A stretch of DNA of 29,043 nt from a virus (Duplodnaviria > Caudoviricetes): IMG/VR virus record IMGVR_UViG_3300009175_000062, positions 1 to 29,043 of that record. One strand, written 5' to 3'. The notes beneath the pieces are model-generated. The model worked only from the letters and a program-made list of their open reading frames with translations. It did not search any database and was not told the DNA's origin. Position numbers and translations under genes: made by a program. Shown here in pieces: positions 1 through 8,941 of this stretch. Within the stretch, counting starts at the first letter, position 1; every line of letters starts with the position of its first letter.

Positions 1-43
1 GTTTGTTGATATTATGATTAATAACCCCTAAATGGGGGTGTCT

Positions 44-67
44 GTTGGAACGTTGGAACGTAGGAAC
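44..67 (+). repeat. Three tandem 8-bp repeats (GTTGGAAC GTTGGAAC GTAGGAAC)
   Basis: Read directly; lies next to a small CCCC-TAAAT-GGGG hairpin upstream of the methyltransferase. Confidence 0.7.
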
Positions 68-117
68 CTAAAATGACAGTCACCAAAACGAAAATTAAAA
101 TTTATGATCAATTATAA

Positions 118-1692
118 ATGCATTTAATGAAAAACAGCTATATCACGGTCACGGATCAGTTCTGCGGAGCTGGAGGATCTTCCCAGGGAGTTCGTAATAT
201 TTCTAAAATGAATGGTGGCGGTGCTGAAGTTAAGCTGGCGCTTAATCATTGGAAACTTGCTATTGAAACTCATAATACGAACTTCCCTGAAACAATACAT
301 GATTGTACGGATATAAGTGCAGCTGATCCACGTCGGTATCCTTCAACGGATATCCTTATAACCTCACCTGAATGCACAAATCATACCCTTGCTAAGGGTT
401 TAAAGAGAGTCAAGTCACAGATTGATCTTTTCTCATCAGGCAAACTTGACCCGGCTGCGGATAGATCTCGTGCAACAATGTGGGATGTTCCCCGATTCGC
501 TGAGTATCATAATTATAATATAATCATTGTTGAAAATGTTGTGGATGCCAGGGAATGGTCTCTTTTTCCTGCATGGTTACAGGCCATGCATCTTCTGGGA
601 TATAACCATAAGTGCGTATACCTCAATTCCATGTTTTGTCATCCTACACCCCAAAGCAGGGATAGGATGTATGTTGTTTTCTGGAAAAAAGGTAATCGGG
701 AACCTGATCTTGATTTCCGGCCAGCTGCCCGGTGTCCGAAATGTGAAATTGACATAAAGGCTATTCAGCGCTGGAAGCATCCGGATAAGCAATCTGGAAA
801 ATTCAGCAAACAGTATATCTATGTTTGTCCCAAATGCGCATGCGATGTGAAACCTTATTATTATGCTGCCTTCAATTGTATCGATTGGACTGATATCGGA
901 ACCCGGATTGGAGATCGTAAAAAACCTTTGAATGAAAATACAACCAGACGGATCGAATATGGATTTAAAAAACATGGTAACCGGCCATTAATGGTAGTCA
1001 ATTATTCACCCGGTTATTCCAGGCCATTATCCCACCAATTTGGAACTATCACAACCGATGATCATCATTCAATAGTGACTCCATTCATAATTAATGATCA
1101 GCAAAGTACCGGTGTTGGATTTCGGGTTAACGGAATTGACGAAGTAATACCAACAGTCAGCACTAATCCTGGATTTAAATTGGTGATGCCATTCGTAATA
1201 AAAGAAGAACACTCACAAAATATTGAGATTATCAGACCGGTTTCAGGATCACTCCAAACCCAAACCACACGTCAGAGCATGGCCTTAGTAACTCCATTTA
1301 TGGTTGAAATGAAAAAGACCTCCAATTCCCGTGCTATATCTGATCCATTATCTACGATGACTTCCGTCGCTTATCATGGCTTAGTAACTGATGAATCATG
1401 GAAATCATTCATCAGTTATTTCTATGGCCAATCACAGTCATCAGGGATTAATGATCCATTGGGAACCGTATCCACAAAAGATCGGTTTGCAGTTGTGAAT
1501 TATCAGGAACCACGGATTGAAGATTGCTATTTCCGGATGTTAAAACCGCATGAAATAAAACTGGCCATGGCTTTCAATCAGGAATATGTTGTTTTAGGAT
1601 CACAAAAAGACCAGGTCAAACAACTTGGTAACGCCGTAACGCCACCGGCTATGCAGTGGCTCGTTGAACGAGGAATTGAATCATTACAATAG
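118..1692 (+). CDS. dcm: Phage C5-cytosine DNA methyltransferase
   Basis: Motif I DQFCGAGG, catalytic SPEC, motif VI ENV, Q.R.R (PQSRDR) and C-terminal QLGNAV; CPKC..CPKC insertion; repeated variable region. Confidence 0.92.
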   Translation: MHLMKNSYITVTDQFCGAGGSSQGVRNISKMNGGGAEVKLALNHWKLAIETHNTNFPETIHDCTDISAADPRRYPSTDILITSPECTNHTLAKGLKRVKSQIDLFSSGKLDPAADRSRATMWDVPRFAEYHNYNIIIVENVVDAREWSLFPAWLQAMHLLGYNHKCVYLNSMFCHPTPQSRDRMYVVFWKKGNREPDLDFRPAARCPKCEIDIKAIQRWKHPDKQSGKFSKQYIYVCPKCACDVKPYYYAAFNCIDWTDIGTRIGDRKKPLNENTTRRIEYGFKKHGNRPLMVVNYSPGYSRPLSHQFGTITTDDHHSIVTPFIINDQQSTGVGFRVNGIDEVIPTVSTNPGFKLVMPFVIKEEHSQNIEIIRPVSGSLQTQTTRQSMALVTPFMVEMKKTSNSRAISDPLSTMTSVAYHGLVTDESWKSFISYFYGQSQSSGINDPLGTVSTKDRFAVVNYQEPRIEDCYFRMLKPHEIKLAMAFNQEYVVLGSQKDQVKQLGNAVTPPAMQWLVERGIESLQ

Positions 1693-1714
1693 TGTCTCAC
1701 CAAATAAAAAGATC

Positions 1715-2194
1715 ATGAACAATCACTTAAAAGCAAAGATGATGGTGGATCAGCTTCCGCCATTAACAGGTAAATCATTCAAGAATGGTTTTTACCAGGG
1801 AGTCATTATGGCTCTCAACGAAGAAAATAAACAAAAACCTAAGTTTGACTGGAAGTCAATCAACACCCTGGAGGATGCACTGGCTTATACAGGAAAGAGG
1901 CCGGAAGATGTTTACAATGTTTCGGACCCGGTGCGTCGTCAAGCTCTCGATATCCTTGAATTTGTCATTGAATTAATCGGAGAAGGATTCGTCGCTGATT
2001 ATACAAACCCTGATCAGAAGAAATGGGTTCCATTGTTTAATCTTTCGTCCGGGTTCGTTTTTTCGTACTCGCTTTACAGCTATTCGGACGCGGGTGCGGG
2101 GTGCGGTTCTCGCCTTTGCTCAGAAAACGAAGAAAAGAGTAATCATATCGGAATAAAATTCCAGTCTTACTGGATGGATTTAATTACCAAATAA
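1715..2194 (+). CDS. DGR target protein 1 (about 159 aa, contains VR1)
   Basis: Contains VR1; paralogous to the next ORF (PEDVY, NPxQxKWxPxFNLSSGFVFS...CGSRLC); ATG at 1715 preferred over the TTG that overlaps the MTase. Confidence 0.85.
   Translation: MNNHLKAKMMVDQLPPLTGKSFKNGFYQGVIMALNEENKQKPKFDWKSINTLEDALAYTGKRPEDVYNVSDPVRRQALDILEFVIELIGEGFVADYTNPDQKKWVPLFNLSSGFVFSYSLYSYSDAGAGCGSRLCSENEEKSNHIGIKFQSYWMDLITK
2041..2119 (+). repeat. DGR variable repeat VR1
   Basis: 79-nt ungapped match to TR; 15 mismatches, 13 of them at TR adenines. Confidence 0.95.
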
Positions 2195-2586
2195 TGATCA
2201 TTATGAAAACTGAAAAAAAAGAAAAAACAAAAGATGCATTCGACTTCAGATCAGTTGAATCATTTGAAAAAGAACTTGCAAAACAAGGCAAGAAAGCAGA
2301 GGATGTCTATCATCCTTCAGACGCTCCGCACATTGTCGCTCAAAAGAAAATTGAGTTCCTCTATGACGTGATGAGAAATGGAGTGATCATGGATCATGCT
2401 AACCCCAACCAGAGGAAATGGCTCCCGGTATTTAATCTTTCGTCCGGGTTCGTTTTTTCGAGCTCGGATTACCTCTATTCGTTCACGTGTGCGTATTGCG
2501 GTTCTCGCCTTTGCCTTTTTGAAGAGGAAATGTCGGACTATGGCGCAAATCAATTTATCGATTTGTGGGAAACGCTGATCAGATAA
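2194..2586 (+). CDS. DGR target protein 2 (130 aa, contains VR2)
   Basis: Contains VR2; translationally coupled to target 1 (TAATG). Confidence 0.85.
   Translation: MIIMKTEKKEKTKDAFDFRSVESFEKELAKQGKKAEDVYHPSDAPHIVAQKKIEFLYDVMRNGVIMDHANPNQRKWLPVFNLSSGFVFSSSDYLYSFTCAYCGSRLCLFEEEMSDYGANQFIDLWETLIR
2436..2514 (+). repeat. DGR variable repeat VR2
   Basis: 79-nt ungapped match to TR; 13 mismatches, 12 of them at TR adenines. Confidence 0.95.
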
Positions 2587-2622
2587 ATTAAACCGAAGGT
2601 TGTATGCTGCATGGCCGTCAGT

Positions 2623-2701
2623 TCTTTCGTCCAGGTTCGTTTTTTCGAACTCGAATTACAACTATTCGAACACGAATGCGAATTGCGGTTCTCACCGATG
2701 C
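2623..2701 (+). ncRNA. DGR template repeat (TR)
   Basis: Intergenic, directly upstream of RT; six AAY codons in the VR reading frame (LSSRFVFSNSNYNYSNTNANCGSHRC); 3' end CGGTTCTCACCGATGC vs VR CGGTTCTCGCCTTTGC is IMH*/IMH-like. Confidence 0.95.
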
Positions 2702-2800
2702 GATAAACCGCGGCATAAACCCTGCCAACAGTTGCAAAAAATGACATTTTAAAATGGATCATTGGTACCGAAAGAGAAAATGATCTTTGATAAGCAAAGC

Positions 2801-3754
2801 ATGAAAAGGATAGGTAATTTATACACACAGATCTGCAGTATTGAAAACTTACGACTGGCCGATTCAATTGCCCGAAAAGGCAAGGCAAAGCAGCCCGGAA
2901 TCATCGCACATGACAAAGAAAGAGAGGATAACATTGAACGACTTCATAAATCACTCATGAATAAAACGTACCGGACCTCTGAGTATACCACCTTTACGAT
3001 CCATGAGCCAAAGGAACGACTGATATTTCGTCTGCCGTATTATCCTGACAGAATCACTCATCATGCCGTGATGAACGTCCTGGAGCCATTGTTCGTTTCC
3101 ACCTTCACCGCAGATACATACAGTTGCATAAAGGGACGCGGGATCCATGGAGCAGTCCGGGCGGTTAAAATGGCACTCCGGGATAAACAGGGCACTGCAT
3201 ACTGCCTTAAACTTGATGTGCGTAAGTTCTACCCGAACGTGGATCATAATGTGTTAAAAGAACTCCTGCGCAGAAAAATAAAGGATCAGGATCTGCTCTG
3301 GCTTCTTGATGAGATTATCGATTCCACCGACGGCCTGCCGATCGGCAACTATCTCAGCCAGTATTTCGCAAATTTCTACCTCACTTATTTTGATCACTGG
3401 CTCAAGGAGCAAATGAACGTGAAGTATTACTTCAGGTATGCCGATGACATGGTAATCCTCGCTGCCGGCAAACCGGAGCTTCATCAGCTTATGAGTGAAA
3501 TAAGGAATTATCTCGAGACAAATTTAAAATTGTGTGTAAAGGATAACTACCAGGTATTCCCGGTGGATGCCCGTGGGATTGACTTCGTTGGTTATGTTTT
3601 CTTTCATTCTCATACACTCCTTCGTAAAAGCATCAAACAAAACTTTGCCCGCATGATAGCACGTCGCCGGAATCCGGCTTCCATCGCATCATATAACGGC
3701 TGGGCAAAACACGCGAACTGTAAAAATCTACTTAAAAAACTACTCGATGAATAG
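2801..3754 (+). CDS. DGR reverse transcriptase (about 317 aa)
   Basis: MKRIGNLY start, PKERLI, PDRITHHA, LKLDVRKFYP, DGR-type LPIGNYLSQ and RYADD; no maturase or HNH domain. Confidence 0.95.
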   Translation: MKRIGNLYTQICSIENLRLADSIARKGKAKQPGIIAHDKEREDNIERLHKSLMNKTYRTSEYTTFTIHEPKERLIFRLPYYPDRITHHAVMNVLEPLFVSTFTADTYSCIKGRGIHGAVRAVKMALRDKQGTAYCLKLDVRKFYPNVDHNVLKELLRRKIKDQDLLWLLDEIIDSTDGLPIGNYLSQYFANFYLTYFDHWLKEQMNVKYYFRYADDMVILAAGKPELHQLMSEIRNYLETNLKLCVKDNYQVFPVDARGIDFVGYVFFHSHTLLRKSIKQNFARMIARRRNPASIASYNGWAKHANCKNLLKKLLDE

Positions 3755-4052
3755 ATTCGGCGAATTCAATATTAAAGTCAAACGGAAGGTTTTTGTTGGA
3801 GGAAAGATCAATATGGCGAAGATACTGGGTAAGGAGATTATTATTCTTGACTTCAAAATAGAAGAATCAAAGTGTTTCAAACAGAAGGGATCCGGAATGT
3901 GTCTTTGCCTTCAAATCTCAATTGAAAGTGAAAAACATATCGTTTTCACCTCGTCAAGTTATCTCATCGAGATGATCGAGCAGGTCCCGTCAGCAAGTTT
4001 TCCGTTTGCCACCATTATCGTTGAAGAAAATAAAGGATTCAAATTCACTTGA
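3747..4052 (+). CDS. Small beta-rich protein coupled to RT; candidate non-Avd DGR accessory factor
   Basis: Overlaps the RT stop by 8 nt; alternating hydrophobic strands (IIILDFKI, LCLQI, HIVFTSS, FPFATII). Confidence 0.6.
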   Translation: MNRFGEFNIKVKRKVFVGGKINMAKILGKEIIILDFKIEESKCFKQKGSGMCLCLQISIESEKHIVFTSSSYLIEMIEQVPSASFPFATIIVEENKGFKFT

Positions 4053-4363
4053 TCATGGGAAAAATATCTTCATATAAAAAATTAAAACTTCAAAATCTTG
4101 AACTCATTCGCGATTTACGATTAATCGTCATGAATGATAAATCCGTTGATGCTACTTTATCATTGTGTAAGTGGAGAATAAAATTTGAACAGGAAAATCG
4201 ATTTGTATTTGGTAATCAAATTGGTAAAACTCTGTGCAAATGCAAGGTAGTACCCGTGGATAGTTGTGGACTGTTTCCTATGTGTAATGGATGTTCAGAG
4301 AAACCAATTCAGAAGAATGAATCAAAGTCTGACAGACTTTTCAAAAATTCATACATAAAATAA
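4049..4363 (+). CDS. Hypothetical protein, Cys-rich C-terminal half
   Basis: ORF coupled to the previous gene; CKC...C....CNGC. Confidence 0.5.
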   Translation: MIMGKISSYKKLKLQNLELIRDLRLIVMNDKSVDATLSLCKWRIKFEQENRFVFGNQIGKTLCKCKVVPVDSCGLFPMCNGCSEKPIQKNESKSDRLFKNSYIK

Positions 4364-4391
4364 CGTAATGGATGCCAAATAATAAAACTGT

Positions 4392-4619
4392 ATGAGAGAA
4401 GCTGAAGTTCGTGGGTACCTTCTTGGATTAACTCCGGATACAAGATCCAGATTAAAAAAACATTATGTGAAACTTATTGCAGTTAATACTGGCAACCTCA
4501 TTGAATACAATAGAAAAGGTAAACCCATTAATCAAAAGTTGATGTGGTGGATGGTGCCAGCATGGGAAATGGGCCTAAAAGAATTAAATGATATAATGAA
4601 AGAGTTGAATGAAGAATGA
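4392..4619 (+). CDS. Hypothetical protein
   Basis: 75-aa ORF with an A-rich leader, in operon orientation. Confidence 0.5.
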   Translation: MREAEVRGYLLGLTPDTRSRLKKHYVKLIAVNTGNLIEYNRKGKPINQKLMWWMVPAWEMGLKELNDIMKELNEE

Positions 4620-4656
4620 CCTTTAAATAAGTACTAATCCAAACTAACTTTAACCT

Positions 4657-5136
4657 ATGCCTGGAGAAATTATTAACATCCAATGTGAGCAGCGCCTTGT
4701 GAGATTTCTGGAATCGTATTTCAAGTCATCACCAGTCAGGTTCCCTCGTGGTCATCACTTCAACAATATCCTGGAGATATTGCTTGACTTCCCCCCTCTT
4801 GATTACCGCCCCGTCGATCACCAGGAGAATACCCTGAGTATCGAGATTCCATCTTTCGAGCTGAAGGATCCCCGATCTTACAATTATCTATCACCAGTAA
4901 AACAACGTGTTTTCGAAAATCACATCAGGAAATTCTTTTACATGGATTTTCGCTCTGAAATTTCCGACATGATCTTAAAAGGCCTCGATCGGAAAGAGGC
5001 CATTGAGATCTATATCGAAAAACACAATCTTTCTTTTGATTGCTGGGACGCTCTGGAGAAAGACTTTGGACGCTTCAAAGCCATCAGAAGGCGCAGAAAA
5101 CATAAGCTTCGCAAAAAATCTGTAGTTGAAAATTGA
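4657..5136 (+). CDS. Hypothetical protein, possible late-gene transcriptional regulator
   Basis: Last gene before the morphogenesis operon; helical C-terminus with a basic tail (RRRRKHKLRKK); function inferred from position only. Confidence 0.45.
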   Translation: MPGEIINIQCEQRLVRFLESYFKSSPVRFPRGHHFNNILEILLDFPPLDYRPVDHQENTLSIEIPSFELKDPRSYNYLSPVKQRVFENHIRKFFYMDFRSEISDMILKGLDRKEAIEIYIEKHNLSFDCWDALEKDFGRFKAIRRRRKHKLRKKSVVEN

Positions 5137-5190
5137 GGCTTATCTGTAATTATTACAAATTATCGGGTTCAGCGCCCAATTTTATCGTAC

Positions 5191-5260
5191 AGGAACATGC
5201 TGTAACACGGGGTAACGCAAGGTAACAGTAGGTCACAACGGGTAACGCATGGTACCACTA
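5191..5260 (+). repeat. Seven degenerate 10-bp-periodic repeats with a GGTAAC core
   Basis: aggaacatgc tgtaacacgg ggtaacgcaa ggtaacagta ggtcacaacg ggtaacgcat ggtaccacta. Confidence 0.75.
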
Positions 5261-5273
5261 AATTAAAAATGAA

Positions 5274-5753
5274 ATGAGTATTCAAAAAAATGCCAATCTC
5301 CTTAATCCGGTTTGCCGGATTCTCTTCCTTCCGACATCCATGGTTCAGATGCTTCCAGGATCCGATCCTTTTCACAAAAAAGTAGTGCCGTTGAATAACA
5401 CTCCCTGGAAAGAGATCTATTTCACCAGGGGAACTGCCGAACTTGAGGAAAAGGACAAGGATGACCCGGCCGGGGATCGTATTGAACAATCATTAAAGAT
5501 ATTCTTTCCGGGCGAAGACACTTCCAATACCCTGAACCTGGAGGAAATGAAAAAACCATCGGTTTATCTGCTTCAGCATTCCGTTGGTGGGCAGTTTAAA
5601 ATCATGGGATCACCGGATAATGGCGCAAGAATAGAAAAGTCGCTTAAGAACGCATCCAAGGTCACCGGATCCGACATCATCATCACCTGCTCGTCATCAG
5701 AACCATGCTGGTGGTTTGAAATTTCACAGCAAGGACCTCCAATTTCAGACTGA
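5274..5753 (+). CDS. Hypothetical phage protein
   Basis: 159-aa ORF preceding the head genes. Confidence 0.6.
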   Translation: MSIQKNANLLNPVCRILFLPTSMVQMLPGSDPFHKKVVPLNNTPWKEIYFTRGTAELEEKDKDDPAGDRIEQSLKIFFPGEDTSNTLNLEEMKKPSVYLLQHSVGGQFKIMGSPDNGARIEKSLKNASKVTGSDIIITCSSSEPCWWFEISQQGPPISD

Positions 5754-5778
5754 TTTTTACTAAATACCTACTTTTTAA

Positions 5779-5813
5779 GTCCTTTATAAAGGTCCAACGC
5801 ACAATTAATATTG
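5779..5813 (+). promoter_or_regulatory. Late promoter copy 1 (GTCCTTTA-N19-TAATATTG)
   Basis: Motif shared by five sites; upstream of the protease. Confidence 0.75.
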
Positions 5814-5832
5814 CCCCATCAATATTAATTGT

Positions 5833-6711
5833 ATGTTGGATCGAATTTTTAAACTCCTCTCTTCAGACTGGTTAATCCATCAGGATACAGCGATATCTTA
5901 TTTACCGGTATTGATATCCTTTCTCAATGGACAGAAGTTGGATGTTGTGGCCGGCTCCCTAAAACCACCTCAGCGAATTTCCGGGTTCCGCAGTGATGCA
6001 GATCCTGAATGGGTTGATCAGGATAACCTTTCCGACATATCAATTCCTGAAAACTCAATTGCCGTCATCCCGATCCAGGATACTATCCTATCATGGAAAA
6101 CTCAAAGAATGGTAGGCCAGATCAAGCAGGCCGATGCTAACCCGCAGATCTGCGCCATTCTGTTTTTGGTATCATCTCCCGGGGGCATGGTTTCTCAGCT
6201 TGATATTGCGGCTTCTGCCATTAAGAATTGTAGCAAACCAACAGTGGTTGTTATTTCACAGATGGCTGCATCAGCCGCAATGTGGCTTTCTTCCGCAGCA
6301 AATTATCGGATCGCCACCTCCCCTATTGATGCGATAGGATCCATCGGTACAAAGACCTCCTTCATGGATATCAATGGCTTCTTGAAAGAGAAGCTGAATA
6401 TCTCCGTGTATGAGATCTATGCAACATTATCGACCAAGAAGGAAGAGGAGATCCGTGAGCTTCTTAAGGGCAACGACAAACCCATTGTTGCGAAACTCGA
6501 CTTCATCAATGCAATTTTTCACAAAACCATTCAGGATAACCTGGGAATTCCTGAAGGATCTGAAGTCTTTACCGGTGCGATCTATTTTGCTGAACAGGCC
6601 AAGAGCCTTGGGCTGATCAATGAGATCAACACCATTGATTATGCGGTCAATTTCACTTATGAGCTCGGACTAGCTAATAAAATCAAGTCAAACCCAATAT
6701 TTAACAACTAA
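5833..6711 (+). CDS. S49/ClpP-like prohead protease
   Basis: SSPGGMV, MAASAAMWL and IGSIGT motifs; directly upstream of the capsid gene. Confidence 0.88.
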   Translation: MLDRIFKLLSSDWLIHQDTAISYLPVLISFLNGQKLDVVAGSLKPPQRISGFRSDADPEWVDQDNLSDISIPENSIAVIPIQDTILSWKTQRMVGQIKQADANPQICAILFLVSSPGGMVSQLDIAASAIKNCSKPTVVVISQMAASAAMWLSSAANYRIATSPIDAIGSIGTKTSFMDINGFLKEKLNISVYEIYATLSTKKEEEIRELLKGNDKPIVAKLDFINAIFHKTIQDNLGIPEGSEVFTGAIYFAEQAKSLGLINEINTIDYAVNFTYELGLANKIKSNPIFNN

Positions 6712-6724
6712 ATTTTAAAAAATC

Positions 6725-8866
6725 ATGAAAAGAGTAATTGCAATGTTCTATGCGCTTCTCAGTATTGAGGCCTTCACAAAGGGCCCGGATGGAAACATCT
6801 GCTTCACTGACGAGCAAAAGGCAAAGCTGGAGGCTGCAGGGCTTGGAGATGATATCCAGGCCAAGTTCATTGCCGCCTTCGCAAAGGATGCTGAAAAAGA
6901 GACACCGGAGTCACAGGTTCTGGTGGATACCATTACGGCAAGCATGCAGGAAAAACTGACAGCATCCATTGCTGAGCAGGGTCGCCTGAATGTATTGCTG
7001 ACGGCTGAGAAGTCAGCCAAAGAAAAAGCAGAGGCCGCGGTGACTGAACAGAAGCTCATCATTGCACGGCTACAGAAAAAACCGGAAGACGATCCGCCTT
7101 CCAATTTAAATGACCCAACCATGAAAGACAAACCGTGGATTCCAAAATCCGGGGCAACCCATCTTTTCGCCGTAGCTGAGCCTTTCTTTGCTGTGGACGA
7201 TGCACACCCTTATAACCAGCGCGCCATGGCTGCCATTTCTGCGCGTCATGGTGTGTCGATTGCCGCACCGATGCACATCAATGCCGCAATTGATTATTCT
7301 TCTCTGAGCGCTGATCTTGGCGATTTCTATCGCACAAGAAAACAGGACAGGATACAGAGTTTCCTGACTGATCTCCCGTCAATCACCAGCGTCTTCCCGA
7401 CTGAAAGCGGTGTTCAGGATCAAACCGCACTGGTCAACATGTTCCTCACGGAATTCTCCCAGGCAGATAACACCTCATCTACCTTCGGTAATGTGGTAAA
7501 GGGCAGTTTCAAGTTCGAAGCCGAGATCATTACCATGTTCGATGTGATGTTCGCGCACAAGTTCACAGATCTCAAGAAACTTGAGAAACAGTGGATCGGG
7601 TACCTGAACAAGGAAGGTTCATCCACCATGAAATGGTCGTTTATCGAATTCATCATGGTTGAAGTCGGCCGGCAGCTGAAAAACGAACAGGAAATGCGCT
7701 GGATCAACGGTATCCGCAAAAATCCGATTCAGAATGTTTCTGGAACGGCAATGGGCGCTTCAAATGGTTTCCGCAAGTTCATTGCAAACCAGATTGCAGC
7801 TTTCAAAATCAAGCCATTTACCCTGGGAGAATGGACCGAATCCAATATTGTGAGCAATATTGAACTTGGTACATCCATGATTCCTGCTGCTATCCGTGAT
7901 AGTGGGAGAGTTGTTCTTTACATGGCACCGGCTGCATTGACAGCGTACCATAAGAACCTCGAAATCCTCACCGGTATTATGCCGACTTACAAGCCTGGAC
8001 AGATGACCGTCAAGAATTACGATTCTGTCTCCATCGAGGTTGTCCCGAACATGGGCGTTTCGAAAAGATTGGTTTGGTCGATCAAAGGAAACATTCACAC
8101 CTTCGAGGATCAGCCGAATGAAATGCTGAATTTCTCATTCCAGCAGGAAGACTGGGGATTGAAAGTCTGGTCAAACTGGAAAGAATCAGTATGGGCTTAC
8201 CTGGTCGGTAAGAAATATGCCAGCGCTGCTGACATGCCGGATGATTACAGTACCCAGATGATCTGGACCAACGACGTCGATCTGCCGGCAGGTTTCTATC
8301 TCCCGATGGATACTAACGACACATCTCCTTCCATTGCGAACCATACATCCCTGATCTCTGTTGAGAACAGTCAGGCTACAGCTATCACCGATTTCGATGA
8401 TGCTGTGACGGGCCAGACAATCCGTGTTAAATGTGGACCGGGCGCCAACCCGATCACCATTGCCAAGGCAAACAAGTTTTCGCTGCTCTCGGCTGCATGG
8501 ACTCCGGAACCGGGGAATGTTCTTGTGATCAAGAAGCGTTCCGATGGTAAATGGATCGAACTGGAGCGTATCACTGAAGAAACAGATGCCATTGTGATCG
8601 CCGATGGCGATACCACTCCGGACGTTTCTAAGGGAACGAAGTTCATCACCAGCTCTAACACTGCAGCATGTGCCATCACAGCCCTTGACAATGCAATCTA
8701 TGACACTGAGTACGTGATCATGGGTGGCAGTGGCAATCACTCCAGCACCATTGCAAATGCGGGGAACTTCTCTCTCACGGCAGCAATGACTCTCGCCGCA
8801 GGTACATTCATCAAGCTCCAGAAGAGCAGGGTGGACGATAAACTTTGGGAAATTGATCGCGGATAG
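6725..8866 (+). CDS. Major capsid protein with N-terminal scaffold-like coiled coil and C-terminal duplicated domain
   Basis: 713 aa following the prohead protease and ending at a terminator; assignment by position and architecture. Confidence 0.72.
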   Translation: MKRVIAMFYALLSIEAFTKGPDGNICFTDEQKAKLEAAGLGDDIQAKFIAAFAKDAEKETPESQVLVDTITASMQEKLTASIAEQGRLNVLLTAEKSAKEKAEAAVTEQKLIIARLQKKPEDDPPSNLNDPTMKDKPWIPKSGATHLFAVAEPFFAVDDAHPYNQRAMAAISARHGVSIAAPMHINAAIDYSSLSADLGDFYRTRKQDRIQSFLTDLPSITSVFPTESGVQDQTALVNMFLTEFSQADNTSSTFGNVVKGSFKFEAEIITMFDVMFAHKFTDLKKLEKQWIGYLNKEGSSTMKWSFIEFIMVEVGRQLKNEQEMRWINGIRKNPIQNVSGTAMGASNGFRKFIANQIAAFKIKPFTLGEWTESNIVSNIELGTSMIPAAIRDSGRVVLYMAPAALTAYHKNLEILTGIMPTYKPGQMTVKNYDSVSIEVVPNMGVSKRLVWSIKGNIHTFEDQPNEMLNFSFQQEDWGLKVWSNWKESVWAYLVGKKYASAADMPDDYSTQMIWTNDVDLPAGFYLPMDTNDTSPSIANHTSLISVENSQATAITDFDDAVTGQTIRVKCGPGANPITIAKANKFSLLSAAWTPEPGNVLVIKKRSDGKWIELERITEETDAIVIADGDTTPDVSKGTKFITSSNTAACAITALDNAIYDTEYVIMGGSGNHSSTIANAGNFSLTAAMTLAAGTFIKLQKSRVDDKLWEIDRG

Positions 8867-8878
8867 GATCCATCGAAT

Positions 8879-8907
8879 GGGGCGGCCAGTATGGCCGCTC
8901 CTTCTTT
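8879..8907 (+). terminator. Rho-independent terminator
   Basis: GGGGCGGCCA-GTA-TGGCCGCTCC followed by TTCTTT. Confidence 0.75.
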
Positions 8908-8941
8908 AATTCTTAAGTCTTAACCATAAAAAAACAGCGAA

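Noticed and set aside
2041-2701. Three 79-nt repeats as a CRISPR array or simple duplication
   Set aside because: Irregular spacing, two copies lie in frame within genes, mismatches are confined almost wholly to TR adenines, and no cas genes are present
2762-2800. Upstream extensions of several ORFs (RT from 2762; also 1664, 15934, 21163, 22576, 26428)
   Set aside because: They overlap structured RNA, promoters or upstream genes; downstream ATGs with A-rich leaders fit better
2801-3754. RT as group II intron, retron or Abi RT
   Set aside because: Short, has the GNYLSQ motif, lacks maturase/endonuclease and VTG motifs, and is flanked by TR/VR with adenine-specific mismatches
5191-5260. 10-bp array as a mini-CRISPR
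   Set aside because: Units are far too short and there are no spacers
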